Origin: an uncultured delta proteobacterium
GTDB taxonomy: Bacteria; Desulfobacterota; Desulfobacteria; Desulfobacterales; SG8-13
Assembly: GCA_963779885.1 (NCBI GenBank)
Contig: CAWAAN010000024.1
Span: 11,776 to 75,775 of the forward strand
Direction of reading: 5' to 3'
Length of the DNA: 64,000 nucleotides
Below the pieces are notes generated by a model. That model was not told the DNA's origin. It made no database searches and worked only from the letters and a program-made list of their open reading frames with translations. This document shows positions 27,359 through 36,111 of the stretch, piece by piece (position 1 is the first letter of the stretch; every line of letters begins with the position of its first letter). The position numbers and the translations under genes are program-made.

Positions 27359-28200
27359 AGCTGCACCTCCTGATCTCCCCTGATTTCGCACAGGGCCCGG
27401 TTCGCTTCTTCGCGGCCGGGCGCCTTGCCGTGCCACTCGCACACGTTCTCCATGTAGGAGACACCCTTGCCCTTTATGGTGCGGGCGACGATCATGGTCG
27501 GCACCCCTTTGCGCGCCCGGGCGTCTTCCAACGCGGTCACGACGGCCGCCATGTCGTGGCCGTCGATGTCCACCACGTGCCAGCCGAAGGCCCGCCACTT
27601 GTCGCACACCGGCTCGATCGGCATGAGCTCGTCGACGTAATAATCGTTCTGCAGGTTATTGCGGTCCAGGATGGCGGTCAGATTGTCCAGCTTCCACTTG
27701 GCGCCGGCCATGGCCGCCTCCCAGATCGAACCTTCCTGGGATTCACCATCGCCGATAACCACCCAGACGTGAAAGTCTTTCTTCTGCAGCCTGGCGGCCA
27801 GCGCCATGCCGACACCAACTGATAGGCCGTGCCCGAGGGAACCAGTGGTCATGTCGATGCCGGGCACCTTGTTCATGTCCGGGTGGCCCTGCAGGATGCT
27901 GCCCAGGCGGCGCAGCGTTCCCAGGTGAGATTTTTCGTAGAAGCCGCGCTCGGCCAATGCGGCGTACCAGACCGGGCAGGCATGGCCCTTGGAGAGAATG
28001 AAACGGTCACGGTCAGGCCAGCGGGGGTTTTGAGGGTCGATGCGCATCAGCCTGAAGTAAAGCGCGGTCACGATGTCCGTTGCGGAAAGCGACCCGCCCG
28101 GATGACCGGCTTTGGCCGTGCAGATCATCTCGATGATGTCGCAACGGATGGCCGCCGCCATTTGCTTGAGTTCCTCCACAGACATCGGGATCTGTGCCAT
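27355..28200 (-). CDS. transketolase, N-terminal (TPP-binding) subunit
   Basis: Counted from MAQIPMSVEELK. Motifs GHPGGSLS, ILSKGH and GDGESQEGSIWEA. Confidence 0.9.
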   Translation of the reverse strand: MAQIPMSVEELKQMAAAIRCDIIEMICTAKAGHPGGSLSATDIVTALYFRLMRIDPQNPRWPDRDRFILSKGHACPVWYAALAERGFYEKSHLGTLRRLGSILQGHPDMNKVPGIDMTTGSLGHGLSVGVGMALAARLQKKDFHVWVVIGDGESQEGSIWEAAMAGAKWKLDNLTAILDRNNLQNDYYVDELMPIEPVCDKWRAFGWHVVDIDGHDMAAVVTALEDARARKGVPTMIVARTIKGKGVSYMENVCEWHGKAPGREEANRALCEIRGDQEVQL

Positions 28201-28541
28201 TGGTGCTCCTTTGCCTTGAAATGTTCGGTTGACCGACGGTTCCTGACACCGGCAGACGCGCCGCCCTCCCTGGCAGGGTTGGGTGTCACCGCGGGTCCGA
28301 TTCGGAAAGACGCCGTTTTTTCGCCACGCCGGGCTCTGCGGTGCGGCGCACTGCACGCCGCCGCAGCCGCAAACCCGCGGAGAACGCCCGGCGGAAAAAG
28401 GGCCCATTATAGAGGGATCTTACCCCAACGTTGCAAAAGTCGGAGGGCTTCAGAGCCAAGGCGTCAAGGGTGAAGCTGTAAATTCCTACCGCAATCCCTT
28501 GACAACACAGGATCTGAAGTCCTCCGGCTTTCCCTCCGGGT

Positions 28542-28664
28542 AAACAACATAGCAAAATCGACCCCATCCTTCGAATTCACCGGTGGGGATATCCTGAAAT
28601 TAGTCGTATCGCTGTGATATTTGTCATAATTACAAACTATTAGCCATACGTTGCTATGTTGTTT
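28542..28664. repeat. 14-nt perfect inverted repeat pair AAACAACATAGCAA / TTGCTATGTTGTTT separated by 95 nt
   Basis: Read directly at 28542-28555 and 28651-28664. It lies in the 480-nt gap between the isomerase gene and the transketolase genes. Confidence 0.7.
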
Positions 28665-28679
28665 ATGCAACTATGGGGC

Positions 28680-29645
28680 TTATTTGAAGCCGAAGATATT
28701 GGCTTCGATAAATTTCCAGGTCTTCAGATAATCCCCTTCGGCCATCAGGCGGGCGAATTGTCCGCCGTCCACCTCGTCCAGCCGCTGCCATATCTTGTTG
28801 GTCAGCCGGCTGTTGGCTTCAAACGTCCCCTTGATATCCCAGCGGGTCGGCGAGGTGTCGGAGGTGAGGTAGTCATCGTAGCCGTAGCGCTTGAGATAGT
28901 AAAGAAATTCGACATATTCGAGGAAATGCTTGGTACCGCAGAAGTAATCCCAGTCCCAGCGGCCATCGTTGTCGTTGACGTGGATGTAATATTTATGGGA
29001 ACTTTCGGCCAGCAGCGCCAGCGCCTCGGCCGGATTTTCGTTTCCATAAACGGAATGGCCGAAATCGAGCGTCACCCCCACCTCCGGGCAGCGCATGTCG
29101 TTGAGCAGGCACAGGGTCTTGGCGGCCGAGTCGAGAAAACAACGCCCGCGGGTCTCGCTGGGCTTGTACTCGATAAAAAGCGGCACCTCCGTTTTATAGC
29201 TGCCGGCCGCGGCGAAGCACTCCGCCAGGTTTTTCCAGGTCTTGGCGTAGTCATACTGAAAGGCGAACTCGTAGCCGTCACCCAGGGGGCAGCAGGTCAC
29301 TTTGTCGGCACCGACCACCGCCGCGAAGTCCTTGGCCTCCTTGATGAAGCGAACGGCCTTTTGCCGGACCGCGAAGTCGTGCGACGTCAAGCCGCCGTTG
29401 CGGAATTCGGGTTCGGCCTTGACATTGACGTTGACGGCCGCCACGGTCAACTTGTACTTCTTCAGGAGCGCCTGCGTGAGCGCCGCATCGTTGACCTCAT
29501 AGGGATAGACAATCTCCACGCCGTCGTATCCGTCGATGCGCGTCATCAACTCGAATTTTTTTTCGAGTTCGAGCGGTTCGTTGTAATCGTGAAAGCGGTC
29601 CTTGGTGCGGGAAAGGAAACCGGTAATGATGCCCATCTTCAGCAT
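28680..29645 (-). CDS. sugar phosphate isomerase/epimerase (xylose isomerase-like TIM barrel)
   Basis: About 321 aa. TIM-barrel family pattern: VTLDFGHS and YIHVNDNDGRWDWD. Confidence 0.8.
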   Translation of the reverse strand: MLKMGIITGFLSRTKDRFHDYNEPLELEKKFELMTRIDGYDGVEIVYPYEVNDAALTQALLKKYKLTVAAVNVNVKAEPEFRNGGLTSHDFAVRQKAVRFIKEAKDFAAVVGADKVTCCPLGDGYEFAFQYDYAKTWKNLAECFAAAGSYKTEVPLFIEYKPSETRGRCFLDSAAKTLCLLNDMRCPEVGVTLDFGHSVYGNENPAEALALLAESSHKYYIHVNDNDGRWDWDYFCGTKHFLEYVEFLYYLKRYGYDDYLTSDTSPTRWDIKGTFEANSRLTNKIWQRLDEVDGGQFARLMAEGDYLKTWKFIEANIFGFK

Positions 29646-29747
29646 TTTTTTCTCCTCGTTTGATCGTATCGGCAAGACAACCGCCCTGGTTCTTCTTCCC
29701 GGATATGACGGTTTCCGGACCCCGGCGCGCGCCTTTTTTCTTTCCGT

Positions 29748-31316
29748 CTACTTCTCGCCATCGGCCGCCTTCCCCTCGGTCGCCACCTGGCAGCTTTTGC
29801 GTCGCAGAAGAATATCGGTCATTCGGTTCTTGAATGTCCGATACCACCGAAACTGGCTGATCACCGTCCAGACAATGACCAGAAACAGGATCAACGACAC
29901 CGGCCGCTGGAACACCGGCATGAAACTGCCCTGGGAGACCATCAGGGCCCGGCGCAGATTCTCGTCCGCCATGGGTCCTAGAATGACCCCGATGACCAGC
30001 GGCGCGATGGGATAGCCCATTTCAATCATAAAGTAGCTGACAATGCCCACCGGCAGCATCAGATAAAGATTGAACACATTCAAGCCCAGCGAATAGGAGC
30101 CGATGATGCAGAGCAGGCCGATGACGGGCATGAAGAGCGGGGTGGGAATGCGCAGGACCTTGACGACCTGCTTGGCCAGCAGTATCCCGACGATCCACAT
30201 GGCGCAGGACGCCAGCAGCAGAATGGCGGCCACTTCCATGATGAAGGTGGGGTGCTCGAAGGTGATCATGGGGCCCGGCGCGACCCCATGGAGCATGAGC
30301 GCGCCCAGCAGCATGGCCGCCGGCGGGCTGCCGGGTATGCCCAGGGTCAGCAGCGGGATCTGGGCCCCGCCCACACAGGCGTTGTTGGCGGTTTCGCTGG
30401 CCAGAACACCCTGCATCTCTCCTTTCCCGAAGGTTTCGGGATGCTTGGAAGTGTTCTTGGCCGTGCCGTAGGAGACCCAACCGGCGATGTCTTCACCGAT
30501 GCCGGGCACGGCACCGATGCCCACCCCGATGAGGGCCGATCGGATAATGGCCGGAATGTTGCGCGCAATGGTGCCGAACTCGGGCAAAATCCGTTGAATT
30601 TTCTGGGCTTCGCCGCTCTGAAAGCGATCTTTCAGGACCTGGATGATTTGGGGAATGCCGAACGCGCCGATCAGCACCGGCACCACCTCGACCCCGCTGT
30701 CCAGCTGGGTGAGGCCAAAGGTGAACCGGGGGTAGAACTGCAGCAGGTCCCGCCCCACGCAGGCCAGAAAGAGTCCGATAAAGCCGGCGATCCAGCCCTT
30801 GATCACCAGGTCCGGGCTGGTCAGGGTGCCACTGATCAGTATCCCGAAGAAAGCCAGCAGAAAGAATTCGAAGGAGGTGAACTGCAGGGCGAAGTGCGAA
30901 ATGATGGGGGATATGCTCACCACGAAGATCATGCTGATGATGGTGCCGATGGCCGAGGCCGTGGTCGTCAGGCCGATGGCCCGTCCGGCTTCGCCCTTGC
31001 AGGCCAGCGGGTAGCCGTCCAGCGCCGTGGCGGCCGCCGCGGCGGTACCGGGGATGTTGATCAGGATCGACGAGTAGGATCCGCCATAGGTGCCGCCGAC
31101 GTAAATCGCCAAAAGGCAGACCAAGGCCAGCTCCGTGTCCATGCCATAGGTCAGCGCCGTCAGCAGGGCGACGCCCAGGGTCGAGGTCAAGCCCGGCATC
31201 GCGCCGAAGATAATCCCCAGCAGCACCGATCCGAAGAGAACCGCAAGGCTGAGCGGGTCCACGGTGAGGTGAAAAACAATCTCGAAGAAAGACCCCAGGC
31301 GCTCGAGAAAAATCAT
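29748..31316 (-). CDS. tctA: tripartite tricarboxylate transporter large permease
   Basis: About 522 aa polytopic protein. Contains GAMPGLTSTLGVALL and GIPGSPPAAMLLGA, typical of TctA. Confidence 0.9.
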   Translation of the reverse strand: MIFLERLGSFFEIVFHLTVDPLSLAVLFGSVLLGIIFGAMPGLTSTLGVALLTALTYGMDTELALVCLLAIYVGGTYGGSYSSILINIPGTAAAAATALDGYPLACKGEAGRAIGLTTTASAIGTIISMIFVVSISPIISHFALQFTSFEFFLLAFFGILISGTLTSPDLVIKGWIAGFIGLFLACVGRDLLQFYPRFTFGLTQLDSGVEVVPVLIGAFGIPQIIQVLKDRFQSGEAQKIQRILPEFGTIARNIPAIIRSALIGVGIGAVPGIGEDIAGWVSYGTAKNTSKHPETFGKGEMQGVLASETANNACVGGAQIPLLTLGIPGSPPAAMLLGALMLHGVAPGPMITFEHPTFIMEVAAILLLASCAMWIVGILLAKQVVKVLRIPTPLFMPVIGLLCIIGSYSLGLNVFNLYLMLPVGIVSYFMIEMGYPIAPLVIGVILGPMADENLRRALMVSQGSFMPVFQRPVSLILFLVIVWTVISQFRWYRTFKNRMTDILLRRKSCQVATEGKAADGEK

Positions 31317-31343
31317 GGAAGTCAAGGCTCCCGCTTGGTCAGG

Positions 31344-32108
31344 TTAGAATTCCCAGTACCGCAGGGCATCCAACAACGCCACGACGAGTCCCTCTTGCGG
31401 CATGGGCACGAGCAGAAGATACTTGAAAACAGGGCCGATCAAAAAGGGTGCCGCCACGGACAGGATCAGGCAGGTTGCATACTTTTTGCGCAACACCGGC
31501 ACGTCGCGAATCAACGCCCAGGCATAGATGCCGTAGCCGACGATAAGGGCCAGGGCGAACCAGTCATTCGGATGGTGCAGGACCGGCGCCACTGCGCCGG
31601 CAAGTCCGGATACCAGGAAGATGACGAACAGGGCTGTCCCGGCCAGATAGAAAAAAAACAGCTTCTTCAAAAGGGCGTCATCGTCGAAGTAGAACATGCT
31701 GATGAACACCTCCAGGAAAAGAACGCTGCCCAGGAAAAAATCAATCCGCGGGATGTTTACATAAACGAAGCAGAACAGCATAACGACTGCGGCGTAAAAC
31801 CTTATCAGCGGGGCCGTCTTCAGAAACCGGGCCGCATCCGGACCGCCGAGCCAGCGCACGACCTGCACCAGTTCCTTAAATCCCACTGCTTTGAAGGCGA
31901 TGCGAATGAGCAGCACCCCCAGGAGCATGATCATGCCGCCGACAAATAGTGGAAAGAGGGCCGGAGAGACGTACCACACGTTCTGGACGCCGCCCCAGGA
32001 ATCTTTCATCGGCATTTTCAGGGCCTGTCCGACAATCCACAAACCGAACAAGAAGGTGATGCCGCCGGAAAATATATCCGCTTTGCGGAGTTTTTCTTTC
32101 GCCATCAT
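31344..32108 (-). CDS. tctB: tripartite tricarboxylate transporter small subunit
   Basis: About 254 aa counted from MMAKEKLRKADIFSG. It is a multi-transmembrane protein positioned between tctC and tctA. It is longer than a typical TctB. Confidence 0.65.
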   Translation of the reverse strand: MMAKEKLRKADIFSGGITFLFGLWIVGQALKMPMKDSWGGVQNVWYVSPALFPLFVGGMIMLLGVLLIRIAFKAVGFKELVQVVRWLGGPDAARFLKTAPLIRFYAAVVMLFCFVYVNIPRIDFFLGSVLFLEVFISMFYFDDDALLKKLFFFYLAGTALFVIFLVSGLAGAVAPVLHHPNDWFALALIVGYGIYAWALIRDVPVLRKKYATCLILSVAAPFLIGPVFKYLLLVPMPQEGLVVALLDALRYWEF

Positions 32109-32206
32109 AACTGAGGGTCCTTGAGTCCGATCGTTTGCCCGGGGTCGGCGGCGGTGGATTTCGGACCGGCAAGGCGGCCGGCCATGCCGGTCCGAGGGTG
32201 TTAACG

Positions 32207-33214
32207 TCAGGGTTTGGGAATACCGAGGGATGCGGGATCGACGGTCGCGGCCTTCAAGTCCCACAGCGTCCAGGCAAAATTAGATTGGAGTGCGTCGAAC
32301 ACCGCCTTCGACTCCGCCCCGGTTTTACCCGAGAGAAGGTAGTAATTCTCCTTGGCCCAGGATTTGACCTTTTCGGTGGCCATGGCCTTTTTAAAGGCCT
32401 CCGTCAAGACGGCCTTGGCCTCGGCCGGGGTGTCGGCCGGAACCGCGAAGCCGATGGCCTGGGAAATCGGCAGGTATTTGGACAATCCCGGGTAGGCGTC
32501 GAAAGCCGAGGGAATGGCCCCCATTCCTTCGACCGCGAAGGATTCCGGGATCAGCATGCCCAGGGCCCGGAGCTTGCCGCCGCGCAGCAGTTGCTGCTGC
32601 TCGGCCAGGGAGGTGACGACCACCGAAACCTCGCCGGTCATGGCGGCGTTCTGGGCCGGGGCCGAGCCCTTGTAGGGAATGAAATTGAACTTCGCCCCGG
32701 AGCCGTTTTCGACCGCCAACAGGTTCAGGTGGTGGATGGAGCCCGCACCACTGGCGGCGGCCTTGATGGACATGGGATCCTTTTTGGCGGCTTCGATCAG
32801 GTCCTTGAGGTCCTTGTAGGGCGTGTCCGGAGTGACGGAGATGACATCCGGGGACCCGCCCACGATAAAGGTATCCCAGACATCGAAATTTTTATCCCAA
32901 CCGCCCTGAACACCGGCGGTAACATTGGATTCAGACAGGCCGCACAGGGTGTATCCGTCGTGGGGCTGGGCAAACGCATAGCTCATGCCCACCGAGCCGG
33001 CGACACCGCCGGTCTTGTTGATCACGTTGATATTGACGCCCAGAATATCGGCCATCTCGGCACTGATGATCCGGTTGCAGGTGTCAGTCCCGCCCCCGGC
33101 ACCCCAGACGACCACATTGGTGATATTGCGGCTGGGAAACCCTTTATCCGCGGCGTAGACACCGGTGGCGACCGCCAAGATCACTGCCAAACTGACAAAC
33201 AGAAACTTTTTCAT
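32207..33214 (-). CDS. tctC: tripartite tricarboxylate transporter substrate-binding protein (Bug family)
   Basis: 335 aa with a signal peptide. Bug-family segments PYKGSAPA and VVWGAGGGTD. Confidence 0.85.
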   Translation of the reverse strand: MKKFLFVSLAVILAVATGVYAADKGFPSRNITNVVVWGAGGGTDTCNRIISAEMADILGVNINVINKTGGVAGSVGMSYAFAQPHDGYTLCGLSESNVTAGVQGGWDKNFDVWDTFIVGGSPDVISVTPDTPYKDLKDLIEAAKKDPMSIKAAASGAGSIHHLNLLAVENGSGAKFNFIPYKGSAPAQNAAMTGEVSVVVTSLAEQQQLLRGGKLRALGMLIPESFAVEGMGAIPSAFDAYPGLSKYLPISQAIGFAVPADTPAEAKAVLTEAFKKAMATEKVKSWAKENYYLLSGKTGAESKAVFDALQSNFAWTLWDLKAATVDPASLGIPKP

Positions 33215-33930
33215 CGCTCTCCTCCCTTTGCATGTTGTTTCGATTGACGTGGGTTTTCGTCCGCAATGGCGCGAATTCCCGTTTCACTTTTGAGCGTCGC
33301 GATGGAGCGCCTGAAATGCCGCCGCATCAATTCTTCGGCGGCTGCCGGGTCTCGGCGGCCGATGGCCTCGATAATCGCCAGGTGCTCAGCGATCGTCTTC
33401 GTGGGCGGCCTGACCAGCCCCTCGGTCGACACGACCTGATAGGAAAAGCTGATAATATTGAAGGTCTGCAGGATATTTTTTAAAAATTCCTTGGCCCCGA
33501 TTTCGGTCACGAAGCTGTGGAAGCTGCGGTCCACCTTGGCATAAGTGCCGACATCGGGCAGAGATTTCGACAGCTGGAAAGCCTTGGAAAAATCGGCCAG
33601 TTTTTCGATCTGGTCATCGGTGACGTTGAGGGCGGCACGTCTGGCGGCCAAGCCTTCCAAGACCTCGCGCAGTTCGAAAATACTGACCATCTCGGATCTG
33701 GTAAAAAGACGCACGAAAAAACCACGCCGGGGTTTGGCCTCGACCAGTTGTTCTTTTTCGAGGTACTTCAGGGCGCTGATCAGCGGGGTGCGGCTGATGC
33801 CCAATTCCCGGGCCAGTTTGTCCTGCGAAATCTTAGCGCCTGGAAGCAGTTGACGCTCCGTGATCAAGTTTTTGATGATCAGGTAGACTTTGTGATCCAA
33901 ATTTTCGTGGGTAACACCCAAATTATCCAT
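33211..33930 (-). CDS. GntR family transcriptional regulator (FadR/FCD subfamily)
   Basis: Winged helix-turn-helix region LPGAKISQDKLARELGISRTPLISAL plus a helical FCD-like C-terminus. Its stop overlaps the tctC start. Confidence 0.85.
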   Translation of the reverse strand: MDNLGVTHENLDHKVYLIIKNLITERQLLPGAKISQDKLARELGISRTPLISALKYLEKEQLVEAKPRRGFFVRLFTRSEMVSIFELREVLEGLAARRAALNVTDDQIEKLADFSKAFQLSKSLPDVGTYAKVDRSFHSFVTEIGAKEFLKNILQTFNIISFSYQVVSTEGLVRPPTKTIAEHLAIIEAIGRRDPAAAEELMRRHFRRSIATLKSETGIRAIADENPRQSKQHAKGGER

Positions 33931-34002
33931 TTATTTCGATATTCTAAACAATAGGTGGGGTTAATTCGAGTCGGCGCGGCAGGCCGAACACACATGTTAA
34001 AA

Positions 34003-34026
34003 TTGAATTCAATATTCAATATTCAA
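34003..34026. promoter_or_regulatory. AT-rich palindromic/direct-repeat block, candidate GntR operator
   Basis: TTGAATTCAA is a perfect 10-nt palindrome and is followed by TATTCAATATTCAA. It sits in the divergent gntR / FAH intergenic region. Confidence 0.3.
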
Positions 34027-34261
34027 AACGGTGAAGCCTGTCAAGCACCAAATCGAGACTCATTTTCGGTCAACCTGTAATTGTCAGGCCGACCCATTCG
34101 TGCTAAGCGAGCAGGTGACAGCAGAATCACTGCAACCACCACGGAAATCCCGGACGCTGAAAGGGGGCTGCGCTTTCTCTGTCCCCCGGTTCTCCCGCTG
34201 CCCCGGTTTCCGCATAACAGCGAGCGCCCATCCGCGCTCTTTTGATGGTGCGAGGACGATC

Positions 34262-35140
34262 ATGAAATTAGCCACCTATAAGGCCCGGGAGGGCGAAAAA
34301 CCCGCCATTGCCACGCGGCACGGACTGGTTCCGGTGGCGGCGGTCAACCGGAAATTCGGTCGCGCCTGGCCGACCGACACACTGGAGTTGATCTCCGGCG
34401 GCGGCCTGACGGAGATCAGCGCCTGGTATTGCGCCGAAGGGCGACAGGCTCTGGGAAACATGACCGGAGAGGTCGTGACAGGGGCAGCGGCGCCGCCGGC
34501 CCCGCTCTATCGCCGGCCGCGCAAGATCTGGGGCATCGGGCTCAACTATGCCGCCCATGCCGCCGATCTTGCGGAAAAAACACCGACCGGCATTCCGGGC
34601 AGCTTCATGAAGCCGGACACGACCCTGATCGGAGCCGGCGATGCCATCCGGATTCCGGCCCTGTCGCACAAGACCACGGCCGAGGGCGAGCTGGGGGTTA
34701 TCATCGGACGCGAATGCCGCCACGTCGGTATCGAGGACTGGCAGACGGTGGTGGCCGGCTTCACGACCATCATCGACATGACCGCCGAGGACATCCTGCG
34801 TCAGAACCCCCGCTATCTGGCCGTTTCCAAGAGCTTCGACACGTTTTTCAGCTTCGGGGCGCAGCTCGTCACCCCCGATGAAATTGCGGACATCGCGGCC
34901 CTGGCGGTCTCAACGGTGATAAACGGCCGCGTCCACGCCCAAAACGTGGTCGCCAACATGACCTTTTCGCCCGCGTTTCTGGTCTCTTTCCTCTCGCAGG
35001 TCATGACCCTTTTGCCCGGCGACATCATTTCGACCGGCACCCCGGGCGCGGTGGCCATCACCGGAGGCGATGTTGTCGAGTGCCGCATCGACGGCTTCCC
35101 GTCGCTGGTCAACCCGGTTGTCGATTTGAAAAGGAGTTAA
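34262..35140 (+). CDS. fumarylacetoacetate hydrolase family protein
   Basis: 292 aa counted from MKLATYKA. FAH-fold segments KIWGIGLNYAAHA and GELGVIIG. Confidence 0.85.
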   Translation: MKLATYKAREGEKPAIATRHGLVPVAAVNRKFGRAWPTDTLELISGGGLTEISAWYCAEGRQALGNMTGEVVTGAAAPPAPLYRRPRKIWGIGLNYAAHAADLAEKTPTGIPGSFMKPDTTLIGAGDAIRIPALSHKTTAEGELGVIIGRECRHVGIEDWQTVVAGFTTIIDMTAEDILRQNPRYLAVSKSFDTFFSFGAQLVTPDEIADIAALAVSTVINGRVHAQNVVANMTFSPAFLVSFLSQVMTLLPGDIISTGTPGAVAITGGDVVECRIDGFPSLVNPVVDLKRS

Positions 35141-35142
35141 CA

Positions 35143-35931
35143 ATGAACCTGGGACTCGAAGGAAAACCGGTGCTGGTCATGGCCGCCAGCGACGGCCTCG
35201 GCAAGGCCGCCGCCCTGGCTTTTGCGAGCGAGGGCGCGCGCGTGATGCTGTTTGCACGGTCGCAAGACCGCTTGCGGCAGGCGCAAAAGGACATCGCGGC
35301 GGCCACCGGTGAAACAGCGGAGATCTTTCCGGGCGATATCACCATCGCGGCCGACGTTCACGACGCCGTCGCCGCCACGGCCCGGCGTTTCGGTTCGGTC
35401 TTTGCCCTGGTGAACAATTCCGGCGGACCGCCGGCGGGCGGGTTCGATGCCTTCGATGACGACACCTGGCAGAAAGCGTTCGAGCTGACCCTGCTGGGCT
35501 TCATCCGCAGCATCCGCGCGGTGCTGCCCCTGATGCGGGCGGCCGGCGGCGGCCGGATCGTCAACTTCACGTCCTCCTCCACCCGCCAGGCGATCGACAA
35601 CCTGATCCTGTCCAACACCTTCCGCATGGGCGTGGTGGGGTTGACCAAAACCCTGGCGCGCGAGCTGGGGCGCGACAACATCCTGATCAATGTCGTTGGC
35701 CCCGGCAAAATGGAGACGGCGCGCCTGCACAGCATCGAAACCGTGCGGGCCGAAAAGCTGGGGCTTTCCGTGGAGGACCTCCAGAAGAAAAGCGCCGCCG
35801 AAATTCCCCTGGGCCGTTACGGCCGGCCGGAGGAACTGGCGCGCCTGGCCGTTTTCCTCTGCTCGGCGGCCAACACCTATATCACCGGCCAGACCGTGCT
35901 AGCCGACGGCGGCCTCGTGCAGGCTTACTAA
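35143..35931 (+). CDS. short-chain dehydrogenase/reductase
   Basis: Cofactor motif AASDGLGKAAA and NNSGG. AAGGAG lies upstream of the ATG. Confidence 0.85.
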   Translation: MNLGLEGKPVLVMAASDGLGKAAALAFASEGARVMLFARSQDRLRQAQKDIAAATGETAEIFPGDITIAADVHDAVAATARRFGSVFALVNNSGGPPAGGFDAFDDDTWQKAFELTLLGFIRSIRAVLPLMRAAGGGRIVNFTSSSTRQAIDNLILSNTFRMGVVGLTKTLARELGRDNILINVVGPGKMETARLHSIETVRAEKLGLSVEDLQKKSAAEIPLGRYGRPEELARLAVFLCSAANTYITGQTVLADGGLVQAY

Positions 35932-36049
35932 TCACCTTCGGGCGATCATCGTCGATTCTCTGACTTTTTTATTTAATTTGACGTTATAGAATGCGCAATT
36001 AATTATGACGCTGTGTATAGTTGTAAGCTCATACCCGATTCGCACACTC

Positions 36050-36065
36050 TGGCATTATAATCGCA
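36050..36065 (+). promoter_or_regulatory. candidate sigma-54 promoter upstream of gltB
   Basis: TGGCAT-TATAA-TCGCA, with GG and GC at consensus spacing. It lies 47 nt upstream of the gltB ATG. Confidence 0.4.
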
Positions 36066-36111
36066 GGAATCCCGTTTCCGAGCCAACAAGAAATAAATAG
36101 ACTGAAAGCGC

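Noticed and set aside
26333-27607. 424-aa version of the transketolase C-terminal subunit ORF. The 350-aa version of the N-terminal subunit (to 28407) was treated likewise
   Set aside because: The extensions overlap the upstream gene or the leader and have junk composition. Coupled starts at 27358 (GTG) and 28200 (ATG) fit the family lengths.
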